NCBI GenBank assembly: GCA_030264375.1
Contig: JASCQW010000043.1
Span: forward strand, 60,953,606-61,017,605
Direction: 5' to 3'
DNA: 64,000 bases
From: Carcharhinus longimanus
Taxonomy: Eukaryota
Shown: positions 50,105-63,789 of the stretch, one piece after another
Numbering within the stretch: position 1 is the first letter of the stretch
How the letters are laid out: every line of letters starts with the position of its first letter
Program-made: the position numbers and the translations under genes
The notes under the pieces: generated by a model
Databases searched by the model: none
Seen by the model: only the letters and a program-made list of their open reading frames with translations
Told to the model about the DNA's origin: nothing

Positions 50105-50171
50105 CTTGAGGAAGAAGCAAATGGAGATGTGTTTGACATTCATGTGTCTGTTTCTGACCCTGAGAAAGTTG
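50105..50171 (+). CDS. SNX2: Sorting nexin 2, exon 4
   Basis: LEEEANGDVFDIHVSVSDPEKV; 67 nt, phase 0-1; start of PX domain. Confidence 0.96.
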
Positions 50172-50409
50172 GTAAGTAGAAGCTTTAAAGTGACTCACTT
50201 TGAGAATGCGCACACTGTATAGCTGGTGTGGGTAACTGAGTTCCCTCACTTCCATTACATTTTTATACTTGACAACTTAATTTGAGTACTTTGCTCCAAT
50301 CTTTTTTTTTGTTTAAACCATCTTTTCAGATATGAACTTTCCTCTCCTCCCTATTCTCAATCTTTTTAAATTGCATTCCTGCCTGTGTCTCCTGAACATC
50401 GTATTGTCC

Positions 50410-50685
50410 TTTGGCACAGTGGTTAGTGCTGTTGCCTCAGCATCAGACCTGGGTTCAATTCCTGGCTTGGGTTACACTCAATGCAGAGTCTGCATGNNNN
50501 NNATGTTCTCCCTGTCTGGGTTTCCTCATGCAGGTTAGGTGGATTGGACATGCAAAATTGCCCCTTATTGTGGGGGTGGCACTTGCAGAATAAATACATG
50601 GGATTACCAGATAGAATCTGGGTGGAATTGTTGGTGCAGGCTCAGTGGGCCAAATGGCCTCCTGCACTGTAGGGATTCTATGATG
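50410..50685 (+). mobile_element. V-SINE type B
   Basis: TGGCACAGTGGTTAGTGCT..GGTTCAATTCC..GCACTGTAGGGATTCTATGA. Confidence 0.8.
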
Positions 50686-50786
50686 TCTGTCATTTTGGAA
50701 TTTGCACCAAATAAGTAGTCATCCAAATATCATTTGTTTTGCAATGCTACTTTATCATTATAATAATGTCTTCTCTTGCCACTTAG

Positions 50787-50830
50787 GTGATGGTATGAAT
50801 GCCTACATGGCTTACCGAGTATCAACTAAG
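50787..50830 (+). CDS. SNX2: Sorting nexin 2, exon 5
   Basis: GDGMNAYMAYRVSTK; 44 nt, phase 1-0. Confidence 0.97.
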
Positions 50831-51940
50831 GTAATGAGTTAATGATGTGAAGTTTCCATGAGATACAATTGGAAAACATGTTCAGAATGCTACAAATGCT
50901 GCTGAAAAATAGTTGCATTAAAGTTTGTAAACTGATTAGCACCAGCATAAAATTTGAAATAAGACTAGAATGGGTGGGATTGTCAGAAAATGACCATATT
51001 CCACTTTGATTTCTGCAGGCAGGACTTGAGGCTTCAATTAGCTAATGATTTCAACAGCAGGGCATTCGTGGCTTCAATTGACAAGTTGCAGGTCTTGTGT
51101 AATCATTCTGATAAATTGAATTAAGCAATTAAAAACAGGAATAACAAATGTGGGTCAGTGTATTTAATTGATTGCAGGCCAAACAATTAATGCTGGATCT
51201 ATTTCACCATAGGTGGTTTTATACAAGATATGGATAATTAGGAGTGCCCCTAAATTGGTCCAATCCATAATCTGGGGTGTGGCCACTTTTTGGGGGTTGG
51301 GAGAGAAAATGGATTTTGAAACCAGTGTAAAAACAGTGGATACCAGAGTATAGTTGACTGCAGCCTGCACTTAATTCTGCACTTACAAATTCTGCAATTT
51401 TCAGCACTTTTGCATTTAATTCTGACTAGTTGATATCTGTATACAATTCATAACTGAACCATGAATTATTTAACCCTTAATCAAGTTCAATGCTTTAATA
51501 CTATTTCCCACCCCACCTTTGGTCTTTCACTGTAATGGAACTGTTTTCCCCTTGCATTTAAGCTGTACTCAAGCAATCTATAAAATGTGGATTTGTTGCA
51601 TGAGGATGACTGGCATAGAGGCAAACCAACTTTAAATGTAAATTCTAGTATGTTTTATTTAGCTAATTTATTAATAAAGTAGATGTGAACTTGTTGCATG
51701 AGACAAGATCAAGAATTTAATCTGTATTAGTACTGCTAATTTCAAAGGGCAGCTGAATATTTTTCAATTGGATGAATTTTATATGAACATGTAAATGACA
51801 GCTTTGAATTTGGTGAATTTTATGTCAATTGAATGACAACTGCTATCATGGACATATCCCCAAGTAGGACAATTTTTCATTTGATGCTTGATCCATGCAA
51901 GATGTGATAATCCTGAATGTGTTTTTCTTCTATTATACAG

Positions 51941-52082
51941 ACTACTTTGTCTATGTTTAACAGCAAAGAATTTACAGTCAAAAGGAGATTTAGTGACTTT
52001 CTGGGTCTGCACAGCAAGTTAGCTGCAAAGTATATGCATGTGGGCTATATAGTTCCTCCTGCACCAGAAAAAAGCCTTGTAG
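51941..52082 (+). CDS. SNX2: Sorting nexin 2, exon 6 (PX core)
   Basis: [47 protein letters not shown]; 142 nt, phase 0-1. Confidence 0.98.
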
Positions 52083-52934
52083 GTAAGATTCATTCACTGC
52101 AGTAAAGTGTAATAGCTGTTTCAGTGTTACCTTCTGGCAACTTTTAATTTATCTTGTCTTTTCAGTATTAACATTCCACAGCCTCATCTAACTTGAGCTG
52201 CAGTATAGGTTTGAGGCTGGTACTGTTTCTCCATTATAGGAGGTTATGCAATCTGCCATGTCTTCAAAATTGGTGTTCTGCTGATTTAAACCTTTTTGAC
52301 AAAGTCACTCACCCCCCCCATCTGCAGAGGTGATGACTTGGCATCCTCCCAGGTTGGCTTGTTCTCATTTCATTTCCTCCACTGCACTCCACTTAAACCT
52401 GGTGAGCACCTGAGGAGAGAACTTGATCTAAATAGTAAAAGCTAGCTCCCAGTGAACAGATTCAAGTAGGAAATGAGAAGAATCCTGCAGTTGAATTTTC
52501 TTCGTCTGAACCACACAGGTTCCAAGCTCCTTGCTGAAGTTTCCACCAGTACAATATTACATGAGATGTTGGCAAATACAGACTCTGCCAAGGACGGCAG
52601 GAAGCTGAAAAGGGCCTGCAGCACTCCAGCTAGCAGCCCCACTCCATTCCTGCACTGCAGAAAAGACCAAACTGACCAAATCATTCCACAGTGCAGTTAC
52701 ATTCAGAAGTAGAAGTCCATGGGAAAATTGTCTGAATTGGCTTCCCATGTCCATTTCAGCCTGGTCTAGAAACCTGCCTGGAGGCAGGACAGTTTTTGGG
52801 AGCTGTCCCACACAACTATCTGAATTTTTGCTAACTTGTCTCTGCCTATAGCAGAACATTTGCAAAATTTTATCCCAACACATGCAGGTTGAAAGAGCTA
52901 AAGAGCAGTTAGCTTGCTTTTTAAAATCTACCTA

Positions 52935-53215
52935 GGGTGGCAGTCATTAGCACTGCTGCCTCACAGCACCTGGGTTCAAGCCCCAATTTGGGTCACTGTG
53001 TGGAGTCTGCATGTTCTCCATGTCTGCATGGAGTTTCCTCCCAGGTACCCCTGTTTCCTCCATCCAAAAGACATGCCAGTNNNNNNNNNNNNNNNNNNNT
53101 ACTAAATTTTCCCTCCATGTACCCAAACAGATGCTAAAGTGTAGCAACTAAGTGGTTTTCAAGTAACTACTTTGCAGTGTTAATGTAAGCATACTTGTGA
53201 CAAATCAATTTTAAA
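52935..53215 (+). mobile_element. V-SINE type A
   Basis: TTAGCACTGCTGCCTCACAGC..GCAGTGTTAATGTAAGCATACTTGTGACA. Confidence 0.75.
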
Positions 53216-53774
53216 CTCTTCTTGAACCTTATCTTGAAATAGCTGCTATCTTAATCTAGCCTTGAAAGCAACACTTATAGAAATTTCTTTGCTTTTTGAG
53301 AATATATTTTAAACTCAGCATCACCCTTTGATCAGGTTTCTTGTGGCTTTTTGCTGTTCTATTTTGTAGGTGCAAACTGAATTATGTAAGTGCATTGTGG
53401 AAAGATACAATTTGGTCTTTTCCACAGTGCAGGAAATGGAGTGCTGAAGTTCTTCTCGTCTGTGCTGAATTCTCTAACAGAAGAATTCACTGGCCTTTTA
53501 GTAATCGTAGAAAGCAATCTACTGAATAGACCATTCCATCTATGCCAGTCTTTGAAAAATCTCCCACTCCTCTGTCCTTTCCTCAGACTTGTATCTTTTT
53601 TCTCCAAGTGTTTATTTAACTTCCAGAATGGTTGAATCTCTGGTTTTTTTTACCCTTTCAAAATCATCATTTCTGCCTCTTGGACTAAATCTGACCTTTT
53701 GTTACCAAGCATCAAAATAAGCAGCAAGTGAAGTAATATTTGAAATCTGTCGGCAAGCTTTCAGTAAGAATTGT

Positions 53775-54900
53775 TAAAGATACAGATGAAGGACATTGAG
53801 CCTATGCCAGCTGTGTGGAGTCATCCAGTCAGTTCAGTTCCCTGCTCTCCCTGTGGCTCAGTACATCCCATCTACCCCTGCCCATCCAAATTCTTTTCAA
53901 AACTATCCATTAGCATCATGTTACATAGCAGGCATAAAATTCCTCTGCCCCAGCATAGCATACCTTGGCCAAAGTTTTAAATCTTGGGTCTGTGCTCCTT
54001 CTGTTCCAAGATTAGCTGACGGTACAACTTTACTTTGACTACCTTATCTAAACCTGTCATAAATCTTGTACTCCTCTCAAATCTTACCTTCATCTCCTTT
54101 GCTCCTAGGAGAACAGCTCCAGCTTCTTCAGACATATCTTGTAGCCTAATTCCTTCATCCCTGGAACCATTCTGGTAAATCTCTTCACCCTCTTGCATCC
54201 TTGCATCTTTCCTATTTGGTGACAACCAGAATTGGATGCAATACACCTGAGGCCCAATCAGATTTATAGGTTCAGCCAAACCTTAACTCTACCTCATTTT
54301 ATGAAGCCCAAGATCCATTTGATTTGCTAACTACTTTTGTGTCCTGTCACCTTCAGAAGCACTACGTAATGACTTGCATGTTCTTTAGAACTGTGCCATT
54401 AAGTCTGTATTGCCTCTCCCCTATCCCTTCTGCCAAAATCCATCTCTACTACTTCCTAAATTCCAACTGTCACCACCCTGCTAGCCTATGTCCTGTTGTA
54501 GTTGATTGGTACCATCCTCACTGGTTGCCACTGCTCCAAGTTTCATATCATCAGCAGTAGATAACATCCACCATATTCTCCATCTGTCTTTTAACTAGTT
54601 AAGCATGGTTTATGCTTGCTATGCTGGCTCCCATTAACTTGGACCTCTGCACTTAATCTTGCTCCGATTTGTTTTCTAAAACCTTATTCACCACTGTTTA
54701 AACTGACTGACTTGTAACTACTAAAAATGCCCAATAAGGGTATCTCATTTGCCACATTCCAATCTTCAGGCATCACTCTCCTATCTAGGGAAAATTTGAT
54801 TATGGGGATACCTTTGTGATCCCCACCCAATTTATTTTGGAACCTCACAGGAATAGCAGCTTGCTGACTTGAGGTGTCACATTTCCAGTACATCCTGCCT
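53775..54900 (-). mobile_element. Old CR1 LINE fragments
   Basis: YCIQFWLSP (54240) and RVMPEDWNVANEIPL..YKSVSL (54700-54780). Confidence 0.7.
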
Positions 54901-55626
54901 ATCAGTTTTGACCCCATCCACTCCCTCTGCCATCTCCACCTCTAATTTGTAGTCATCCATTTTTCAATGTGTAACTTGTTGCCCTCTGACCCTAAGCACA
55001 TTATCCCAAATCTCATAAACCCCAACCCATCTTTACCACCCATTTTATTCTCTTCTCTCTTCACTAGTTTTATTTTCCCTCTTCCCTTGGCTATTGTATC
55101 TGTTCTGATTCTCACTAAGGAAATTATCAGATGCCTTTTTGTATCTTGTTCTCCACCTCCCATCTAGAAGTCCTAAATCAGAATGTAGCTAATCTGCGCC
55201 CAAGTTTGTTCTGCTGGAGATTCTCATGTTTCATTTTACTCTAGCTAGATGCCCTCCTGCCTCCTTAGGCCACTGTCTACTTTGGCCTGTTCCTGATCAT
55301 CTACATTACTAATCTAAACCTTTATGGTATGATCACTTTGTTCAGCTGTTTTCTCCAAAAATGCTTCTTTCCATTTGGCCCCCCCCTTCAATTCTCATTA
55401 AGATCCAGTAATACCTCATTTCCAGCCCTAATATCTCTTGCCCTTTTAAATGGATGGGAAGTGATTGAGGATCCTACAAACATTTAAGTACTTGGCATCC
55501 AGACATGGGCAGTAACTTTACTATTTCATGTAATGTTCCATAAACTTGACTGGACTTTGGGGGTGGATGGGAGGAGATGTTGGTGCTTGTTATGCCATTG
55601 GAATGATGTTCCTTTTAATTGTAAAG

Positions 55627-55705
55627 GCATGACCAAAGTCAAAGTTGGCAAAGAAGATCCATCATCTGCTGACTTTGTTGAAAAAAGGAGAGCGTCCTTG
55701 GAAAG
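55627..55705 (+). CDS. SNX2: Sorting nexin 2, exon 7
   Basis: [27 protein letters not shown]; aag acceptor, ag|gtaagt donor, 79 nt, phase 1-2. Confidence 0.97.
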
Positions 55706-56269
55706 GTAAGTTTAAGCACATACCCATTTGAAATGTAAATTGGAGCCCTTCCTTAAGACCGTCAATGTTATGAAGCTTGTATTGATATGTGAGCATATGA
55801 GAAATGGTAAATACTGATTTGTTATCCTTAAGAAATTGGCTTCATTGTGATGTTTTTGAAAACATGTACAATGAAGATCACATACTTTCTCACTTGAATA
55901 CTTAATCTTGGTTTTCAAAGTGGTAAAGAACAGATGATATAAAACACTGATGTAGCTCTCCCCTGAACAAGTTGTGAAAAACAAAATTTAAACTGAGTCA
56001 ATGGTAACTAACTCTTAGGTTGCTATCTAAGAACATTTCTGGATCTTGTGGTATGGCTAATTTTCTCCATGAGTAGCTTGAGGAATCTCCAAGTTAATAG
56101 AATCCAGCTGTGTGCTTTTATCAAAGCAAATGATGACATGTGCCTTAATCTCAGACTGGCCAATTCAGATGGGATTCCATATATGGCTGTCAAAAGACAA
56201 AGTAAAATCTAACTGAAGAGTGTCAAAGAAAGATAACCAAGAAGTATCCAGTTTTGAACATGTATGATC

Positions 56270-56815
56270 TGCAGGGAACATAACTGACTGGAAACATTTC
56301 TATAGGTATACAAGGAGAAAAAGATTGAAGACAGATTATCAAACATTGTTTTTGTTTCAGATTCCAGCATCTGTGACAGGTGTTAACCGTCATGGACATG
56401 GAGTTGACCAAAGGAGGGCAGCCTCCACCAGTTATTCATGAGCTCAAGCCCAAGTTTGACTTTTTCCTTATTTCTCCTGGAGAGAAGGGTCCGGAGGACA
56501 GAATATGATCTTGAAGTTGTAGTGACGTCCCTCATGATGAGCAATGAAAGTAAACAAAACCAAGGGCTTGAAAATAAGTGAAGGCTAGATTGGGGCAAGT
56601 TAAATTTGGTGCCTGTACAAGTCCCATCAGTTAAACCATTCATGTCCCCTGTGCCAAGTTGATTGACTGTGGTTATTAGATGGCCTAGTAGCAAAAGAGG
56701 TAAATTGAAAACGAGCAAAACACTGGAATCTAAAACAAAAACAATGATAATCTGTCTTCAATCTTTTCTCCTTGTATACCTATAGGAACATTTCCAGTCA
56801 GTTATGTTCCCTGCA
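56270..56815. repeat. Long inverted repeat (arms 56270-56367 and 56723-56815) in SNX2 intron 7
   Basis: TGCAGGGAACATAACTGACTGGAAA..CTATAGGTATACAAGGAGAAAA.GATTGAAGACAGATTATC is mirrored in the right arm. Confidence 0.9.
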
Positions 56816-59800
56816 AGCTTACTCTTGTATTCTATTTTCTCCCTCTTAATCAGTCCCATGGACCTCCTTTGCTGAATTCTAAACTGCTCCAAATCCTCAA
56901 GTCTGTTTTCTTGGCCAATTTGTATTTCTCTCCCTTGGATCTAATACTATTGCTGTACTAAGGAACTCTTGAGCGCTTTGAATTTAGGGGTGGGGTGAGA
57001 GGTTTAAGAAACTGGTATCTTTCTGGAATACTGAGTAGTTTTGACATGTGCCAGGCCTAGAATATAGTCCAGCCAGATCCTGTGTAGCATCAATACTCCA
57101 GTTCCAAGTAGTGGGGCACTCCATATGGAATGGAGATGTGGGCTGCACTGCAAATGGCTGAAATTTAAAGGTTTCAATAATGCCTAGGACTCCAAACTGC
57201 AGAAATATGAAATGTTACAGTTGGGATTCAGACAATGCACTTGTTAGTTCAGGATACTTCCACAGTTTGTGGGTATGTGGGAGAGAAAAATATTTTGGGT
57301 TGAGGGTGTTGCAGTGCCAGAGTAGTGGATTGGACCAAAGTTTGGTTTTTTTTCCCCCAAGAAACAAGGGGAATAGTGACATGAGTAGACTTTCTGGAAG
57401 GAAATGTGCATGAGATGGGGCTGGGAACTGATTCATTGGCTGGTGGGGACAAGGGTGACTTGGCCAGATGTGGTTAGACCCAGTGGATGCAGGCATATTG
57501 GCAAGATAGTAGAATGGGGGAATGGGAGTTGCTGTTTGATAAAGGACTTCAGTGGGAAGCTATAGACTTAACAAGGGGTGGGAAGGGCATATCTAATGAT
57601 GGATGTTGGCAGGTGAGTGGGAAGATTGAAGTAGAGTACTTGGAGGGGACAGCAGTGAAAGGAGATACAATAACTTGTAGAAGTGGACTGGTCTACAGCA
57701 GCAGCCAAATTGTGCATACTAATAGACNNNNNNNNNNNNNNNNNNNNNNNNNNNNNNNNNNNNNNNNNNNNNNNNNNNNNNNNNNNNNNNNNNNNNNNNN
57801 NNNNNNNNNNNNNNNNNNNNNNNNNNNAGACACAAGGAAAACTCTGCATAGGCCTGGTTACGTAGTAGACACCTGCCTGATCCTAAACAGGTAATGGCAA
57901 TAGAATGGAATCCACAGTTTAGATCTGGTTGTAGGAAGGATGGTGTTGTCATAGAACATTCCATTTGGAGACTGCAGTGAGTGAAGTCGGCTGTTGGGTG
58001 GTTCGGCATGTCAGTATGACCCTCCTGTAGACTTTTTTTGTTGCCTATCAGAGCTGACCTCTATCACAAAGGGGAGATCTTTCAGTAGGCAGTCATTTTT
58101 CTTGAATAGACTGGTTCTGCCTTGATCAGTGCAGGCAATAATTGTAGTCTCCTTGTTCACAGTAGTTAAGTGCTGGACTGAAGATCATATGGGTCTTCCA
58201 GTTCTGGCACCCTACCTCATGGTCTGCAACCTTGCAGTAAAAGCAGAGTTTCTGGCAGCATATCAGACTCCAAGTGGTCTTGTGGACCAACTGCTGACTG
58301 TCCCTGTTTTAAGTGGTAGGTATAGAACCCCTCAAGAGTCGAATCTTTTCTAAGAACCAGGAGTTCTGTACACAAGCACTACTCCAGATTGAAAGAATTA
58401 CAACTTCAAAGATCCATATGGAAACCAAGCTTGCCATGTGTTCTGCCTCAAATTATATGCTGATCACAGCTGTCCTGTCAGTGAGTAACTGCAAGTTACC
58501 TTTAATACTGTGCACAGTCCTGACATTTCAGCTTGCAATTGGAAGAGCTGGCATTTTTCTAGGTGCAATGGATTCTGTCCATTTGAAGTGGGTGGCAGGT
58601 CAGCACAAAGTAATTGAGCTGTGAGGTAGGGTGGTTCCTCCCACCACTGAAAATGCCATGAAGTGCCCATTCTCTCCAATAAAATGTTGGGCTTACTACT
58701 AAACTGTCCCATGCTGTTAGTTATACTGTGAAGTGCTATCTCTGGTGTGCAAACCTTCTGGACTCTGGCTTGTCTACACATTAGCCCCAACTGGGGAGGT
58801 CAAGATGGTGTTGCTAAAGAAGCGCAAAGCACTAGCACCAGCTTGATGCAAAACTTGTTCATATTTAGACAACATCCTGCATTTGGGTTCCCCTCCAGAT
58901 TTGTTTTGTCTTCATTTACACTCCAATTCTGGAGGGATTCACAAGGCAATGAAGCAATTTACTCATAACTGGGAGTTTGGTTCATAAACATCAATGCATG
59001 TCCATACACTGGACTGCACACTGTATATCTGAGGGCCAAACATCAGATCCTGAAACTCCACACTGGAGCATTGAGAAATTGAGTTTGTCACCATGAAATA
59101 CAAGGACTTGCTCTGGTGAGAGACTTGTGCATTTGGCACTCTTTCACCTTGCTGCTAGTCAGCAGTGTAGGCTGGAGATTAAGGGCAAAGTAGCATAAAT
59201 AGGAAGCGTGCTAATTCTTCACCCACACATTTAAACCTATAATGTTGAGATGTTGAATGTTGTGACATTAAATGAGTTTATAGTCATGGTGAAAAGCTTA
59301 ACTGTTTTTTCACTTTTCATCAGGCAGTTGAAGGAAAAATCACAATTTTCAATTAATCTTTGAAGAAAAGCTTTGCTAGTTGTTAACAAGAGCCCTTGTA
59401 TTTGAGATTGACTAGAATACAAGAAGCTATTAAATTTTTCTCCCCATGGCATCATTAGAATGTTAAGTGTTTTGGCTAGTTTGTCTTGATAGCTGCATGA
59501 GTGAGCATAGATGTTAAGTGCATGGACTTAGAATATCAATCTACAAATAGTAGCTAAATTTATGGTTGAACTGTGAAATTTTGTAGATGTAAAGACCTGC
59601 CTGGGAATTATCTTGCTATCACTTGCTTTATATGATATTTTGTGCATCTTGACGCACAGAATGAAAATTACATTTTGGAGGAGCCTGACATTTCTTTGCC
59701 CTTTTTTAAACCTGTTGACATACCAAAAGGTCAGAGTCATTTAATGCCTGTCACATCAGACAGACTGTGCAAAAGACTGACTCTTGTGGTGTTCCATGCA

Positions 59801-59927
59801 AGACTAAAATTGACATTTGAAATGTAGGAGTGAAAAGTTAGTTACTATTCACGCTCTTCCTTGGTCAATTAATGACTTTGATTTGATAACTTGTGACACT
59901 GCAGTAAATTTAATATTTTTAATGCAG

Positions 59928-60003
59928 ATATCTACAACGTACAATCAAGCATCCGACCCTATTGCAAGATCCTGATTTGCGGCATTTTTTAGAAAGTAAT
60001 GAG
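59928..60003 (+). CDS. SNX2: Sorting nexin 2, exon 8
   Basis: [25 protein letters not shown]; 76 nt, phase 2-0; end of PX domain. Confidence 0.97.
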
Positions 60004-61825
60004 GTAAGTCACCGCTAACAAAAAAAATCAAATGATTTAACTATCCTTGCAGATAACATTTGATCTCTTGGGATTTTCATCAACACAGATGATGCATGAT
60101 GCACTTTCTTTCCGATCAGGAGTCCTAGATGTGGGCAGGATTTCCTCTTGTGGTCACAGAGATGGCCTGCTATTAGCTGGTGGTGGGATCTTCTGGCCCT
60201 GCTGCTGTATGGGGTTTCCCATTTCATGTTAGCAGGACCAGAAGATTTCGGAGAGAATGACTGGCAGATTGACCACGGTCTCCAATAGCTAAAATCTGGA
60301 GTTGTGGTTAGAGAAGTAGGCTGGAGGTTTAAAAATAGTCAGGATTTTTATAGCTTCTGAAAGCAACTTTGAAATGTCCTATAGTTGAATAGCCCTGCCA
60401 ACATTAGTGATTACTAGAACAATGCTACTTGAATACATGAAATCCTATTCTCAATTAATTGTTTGTCAGTCAACAAAGTGCCCATACATAATTTAGAAGC
60501 TAAAAATAATTGGAAGCAATTTCAAGCTATCAAAATGTAACAATCTGCACAAACATTAATTTCCAAGGTGTACCAAGAATGCAAAATTAGTGAAGATGAA
60601 AGCCTTAATCATTTAACAAGCAACAGTAGGCTATTGTACAGTGGCAAATCTCCCCCTGCCCAAACCAGGCCACCACCTTGAACTCATCAGGAAAGTGCAC
60701 AAATGGCAAATTTCAAAGGGAACAATTTGTACTGCATGAGACACTTGCTGATTTGTTGAAACATTTCTTTAGGTCAATTTTTATTTGCAGAATAGACCTC
60801 AAATCCTGCAGTGCACAAGGAGGCCATTCAGTCCAAGTCTGCATTTTTAAATTTAATTTGGAATTGGTGGTAGGATTCCTAAATTTAAAAAACAGATGTT
60901 GGCAGAAATTTTCTGTAAATTTGATCATTCACTAAACAACTTAAGAAAATTTCCCTTGATGGAAAAGTGGATAAACCTTTGAGAAGAGTTGTGCAATATA
61001 ATGGGAACTAAACAGATTAGTTGTTTAGAATATTTTTAAACTTTAAATACCAGCTTGTGCTTTAAAAGGCCTGCAATACTTAAACTGATTCTAGTATTGC
61101 ACATGATCTTGCACTGAGAATTTTGATGTAATGCCCATGGTGGAACAAGTGAAAGTCAAGCCAGGAACAGTGCTCAAGTGGACAGAATAGACAAGACATT
61201 TAAGGAATCTGGAATAATGGATATAATGTGGGACCTGTGGTGCTGCATTATCTGTGATATGGAAGGCATAAATGTTAATTTAGAAATTCACTAGCATTAG
61301 TGATATTTTAAATTATTTGTTTAACCTAGTGTTAACCCCTTTCTCATAAGGGAGATGTCCCCAGTTGCCTTCACTGCTGTTGCAACTTGGGTCTTGAGCA
61401 TGGATTTCTCTAATATTAAGAGCAAATATGCCATGAGTGGTATTTTGCCTAATAATTGAATCTGCAGATCATAACATGCACAAACTAGTGTTTTGTGGTA
61501 ACACTGGAAGCAAATTGCAAGCTCATGCTTGAATTTATTTCTTTATTGAAGTATTCAGTGGTATATTTTGCCGATTGGATGTTGATCAGTTTCCTATAGT
61601 GTTTGAGGTCTAAAATAAGCAGGTATCAATTGCTGTCTTAAGTTTATATTTTCACACTTCAAGATAGCTAAGAAATTGGTCAAAGTTTGAGCAGGCTGCA
61701 GTAAAGTTGAAGTATATTGAAATGTATGAGAGCAGAAAATGCTGTGGCCCTTTTCTTGCACTTTAACTAGACAGCAGCAAGGCTGTTAACAGGTTTGCTC
61801 ACCCTTATTTGTCATTCAATTCTAG

Positions 61826-61939
61826 CTGCCTCGTGCGGTTAGCACCCAGGCCCTAAGTGGAGCAGGCATATTGAGGATGGTGAACAAGGCCGCTGATGCT
61901 GTCAACAAAATGACAATCAAGATGAATGAATCGGATGCA
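61826..61939 (+). CDS. SNX2: Sorting nexin 2, exon 9
   Basis: [38 protein letters not shown]; 114 nt, phase 0-0; amphipathic helix before BAR. Confidence 0.97.
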
Positions 61940-62183
61940 GTAAGAGCTGATTTTTGAACCTGATTAATGAGATGAATTAATGAGACTCTTCAGTTCCTTT
62001 CTAAGGGTGAAAAGATGCCAAAATAAGCTATTTGCTTATTTTCTTTTGATTTGGTCAAATTGGTGTAGGCTGTGACCACAGTTAATTTGTTTTTCCTTTA
62101 AAAGAAGAAATGTAGTTTACTGTGGGTAATGTAATTTGTAATGATTTGTTCTTAGTAAATTAACTCCATTTTTCATCTGGCAG

Positions 62184-62277
62184 TGGTTTGAGGAAAAGCA
62201 GCAGCAGTTTGAAAATCTGGACCAACAGTTAAGGAAACTACACACCAGTGTTGATCTCCTGGTCTGCCACAGGAAAG
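62184..62277 (+). CDS. SNX2: Sorting nexin 2, exon 10 (BAR domain start; gene continues beyond window)
   Basis: WFEEKQQQFENLDQQLRKLHTSVDLLVCHRK; 94 nt, phase 0-1. Confidence 0.97.
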
Positions 62278-63084
62278 GTTTGTTTAAAATTTATATATTA
62301 AGGCTCCAAAGATAGTTGCTGGATATGGGCTATTCAACCAGCACTAGTAACTTCTGTTTTGAGATCCTATTTGTATGTAAGTTTTTCATCTTTTGCAGAA
62401 TTTGGAGTAACATTCAGTTCTGGCTGCATTCATTATTGTAATCCATCTTTTACCTTAGTTTGTGATTCCACTTATGGTCTGACTTTGAGATTATGGTGAA
62501 AAGCATGTAATTAACATTGTGACAAGATTGCTCATTAGTCCATGCTGTTCTGCAAACAGTTGACTTTTTTCTCAGCAATGTTAATATTGTTTTGAAATGT
62601 ACAGTTTTAAATTCTGAAATGGTGAGCTTATTCTTGTCCTGAAATTCCACAGTAACTTCTCAAAGCTTGGTGAAGCAAGGTGTAACATTAGTACAGAACT
62701 GTCATTTTTGGTTTGAGTCTGTGCTAGCTTCCAAGTCCAGTTAGTCTCATTCCATGGCTCTTTCCCAATGTGCTTGCAATTTTTCCAAGTATTTATTCAT
62801 TTCAATATCCACATTTTTGCTAATGCATTCCAGATCCTAATCAGTCACCTTTTTTTAAATTGCTCATGTGGTTGCTGTTCTTCTGGGAAATTCAACCTTA
62901 TCTGTCACCTTTTGGTTATTGACCATTCAGCCATTGGCAAGTTTTTTTGCTGGCTCCTAAATTTTTAAAATCAAACTTTCTCTGCTTCAAGTACTTAACC
63001 ACATTTTCTGTGGTCTGTCTATACAACTATTAATGTGTCTGGATCCATTGTAGCAGATCCTGCCCAATCCTACATCTTAAGACT

Positions 63085-63370
63085 GGTAAGATGGCAAATT
63101 TAGTGAGGAGTATAGCCTTGGATTACAGGAGGATATAGAAGGGCTGATCAGTGGCAAATATAAGTCAATCCAGATAAATGTGAGGTGACTTGGGCAGGAC
63201 AAAAGAGAAGAGATTATATGATAAATGGCAGGACTCTGGGGAGCACTGAGGATCAGAGGGATCTTGGTGTGCATGTACACTGGTCCCTTTTAAAATAGTA
63301 AGACAGTTGGATAAGAAGAAATGGTATACCATTTGCTGAGGCATAAAGTTCAAGAGCAGGGAACTTGTAT
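63085..63370 (+). mobile_element. CR1 fragment
   Basis: GLQEDIEGLI..DKCEV..TEDQRDLGVHVH. Confidence 0.7.
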
Positions 63371-63789
63371 AGTCCATTCATTCCTTTGAATAGACAAAGA
63401 CAGCTCTGGTACAGAGTTTAACTACACTTTTTTATGGAACAGAACTTAAACTATTACAAAAGAGAAGCTGCAGAGGCTGGCTTTTTCATTGCTAGCTCCC
63501 TATACTGATCTTGAACACCAAATTCAAAAACAAACAGCTGACAGTCATTTGTATCCTGTTGAAATTGTTTTGCACATGCTGTCTCCAACTTGGAGAAAAG
63601 GCTTTGCAGACATTTATGCAAAGCCTGTTTTGCTTGCATTGTACGCTTCAAAAACTCAGTTAATTGAGTTAACCCAGCATGCCTTCTGATTTTTAAAATG
63701 TGGTCGGCTGTTAACCCCACCATGGTCTAGCATTTAAATCACATAAGCAGAAATATCTTAATGAAGTCTTTGCACAGCTGAAGCAAACC

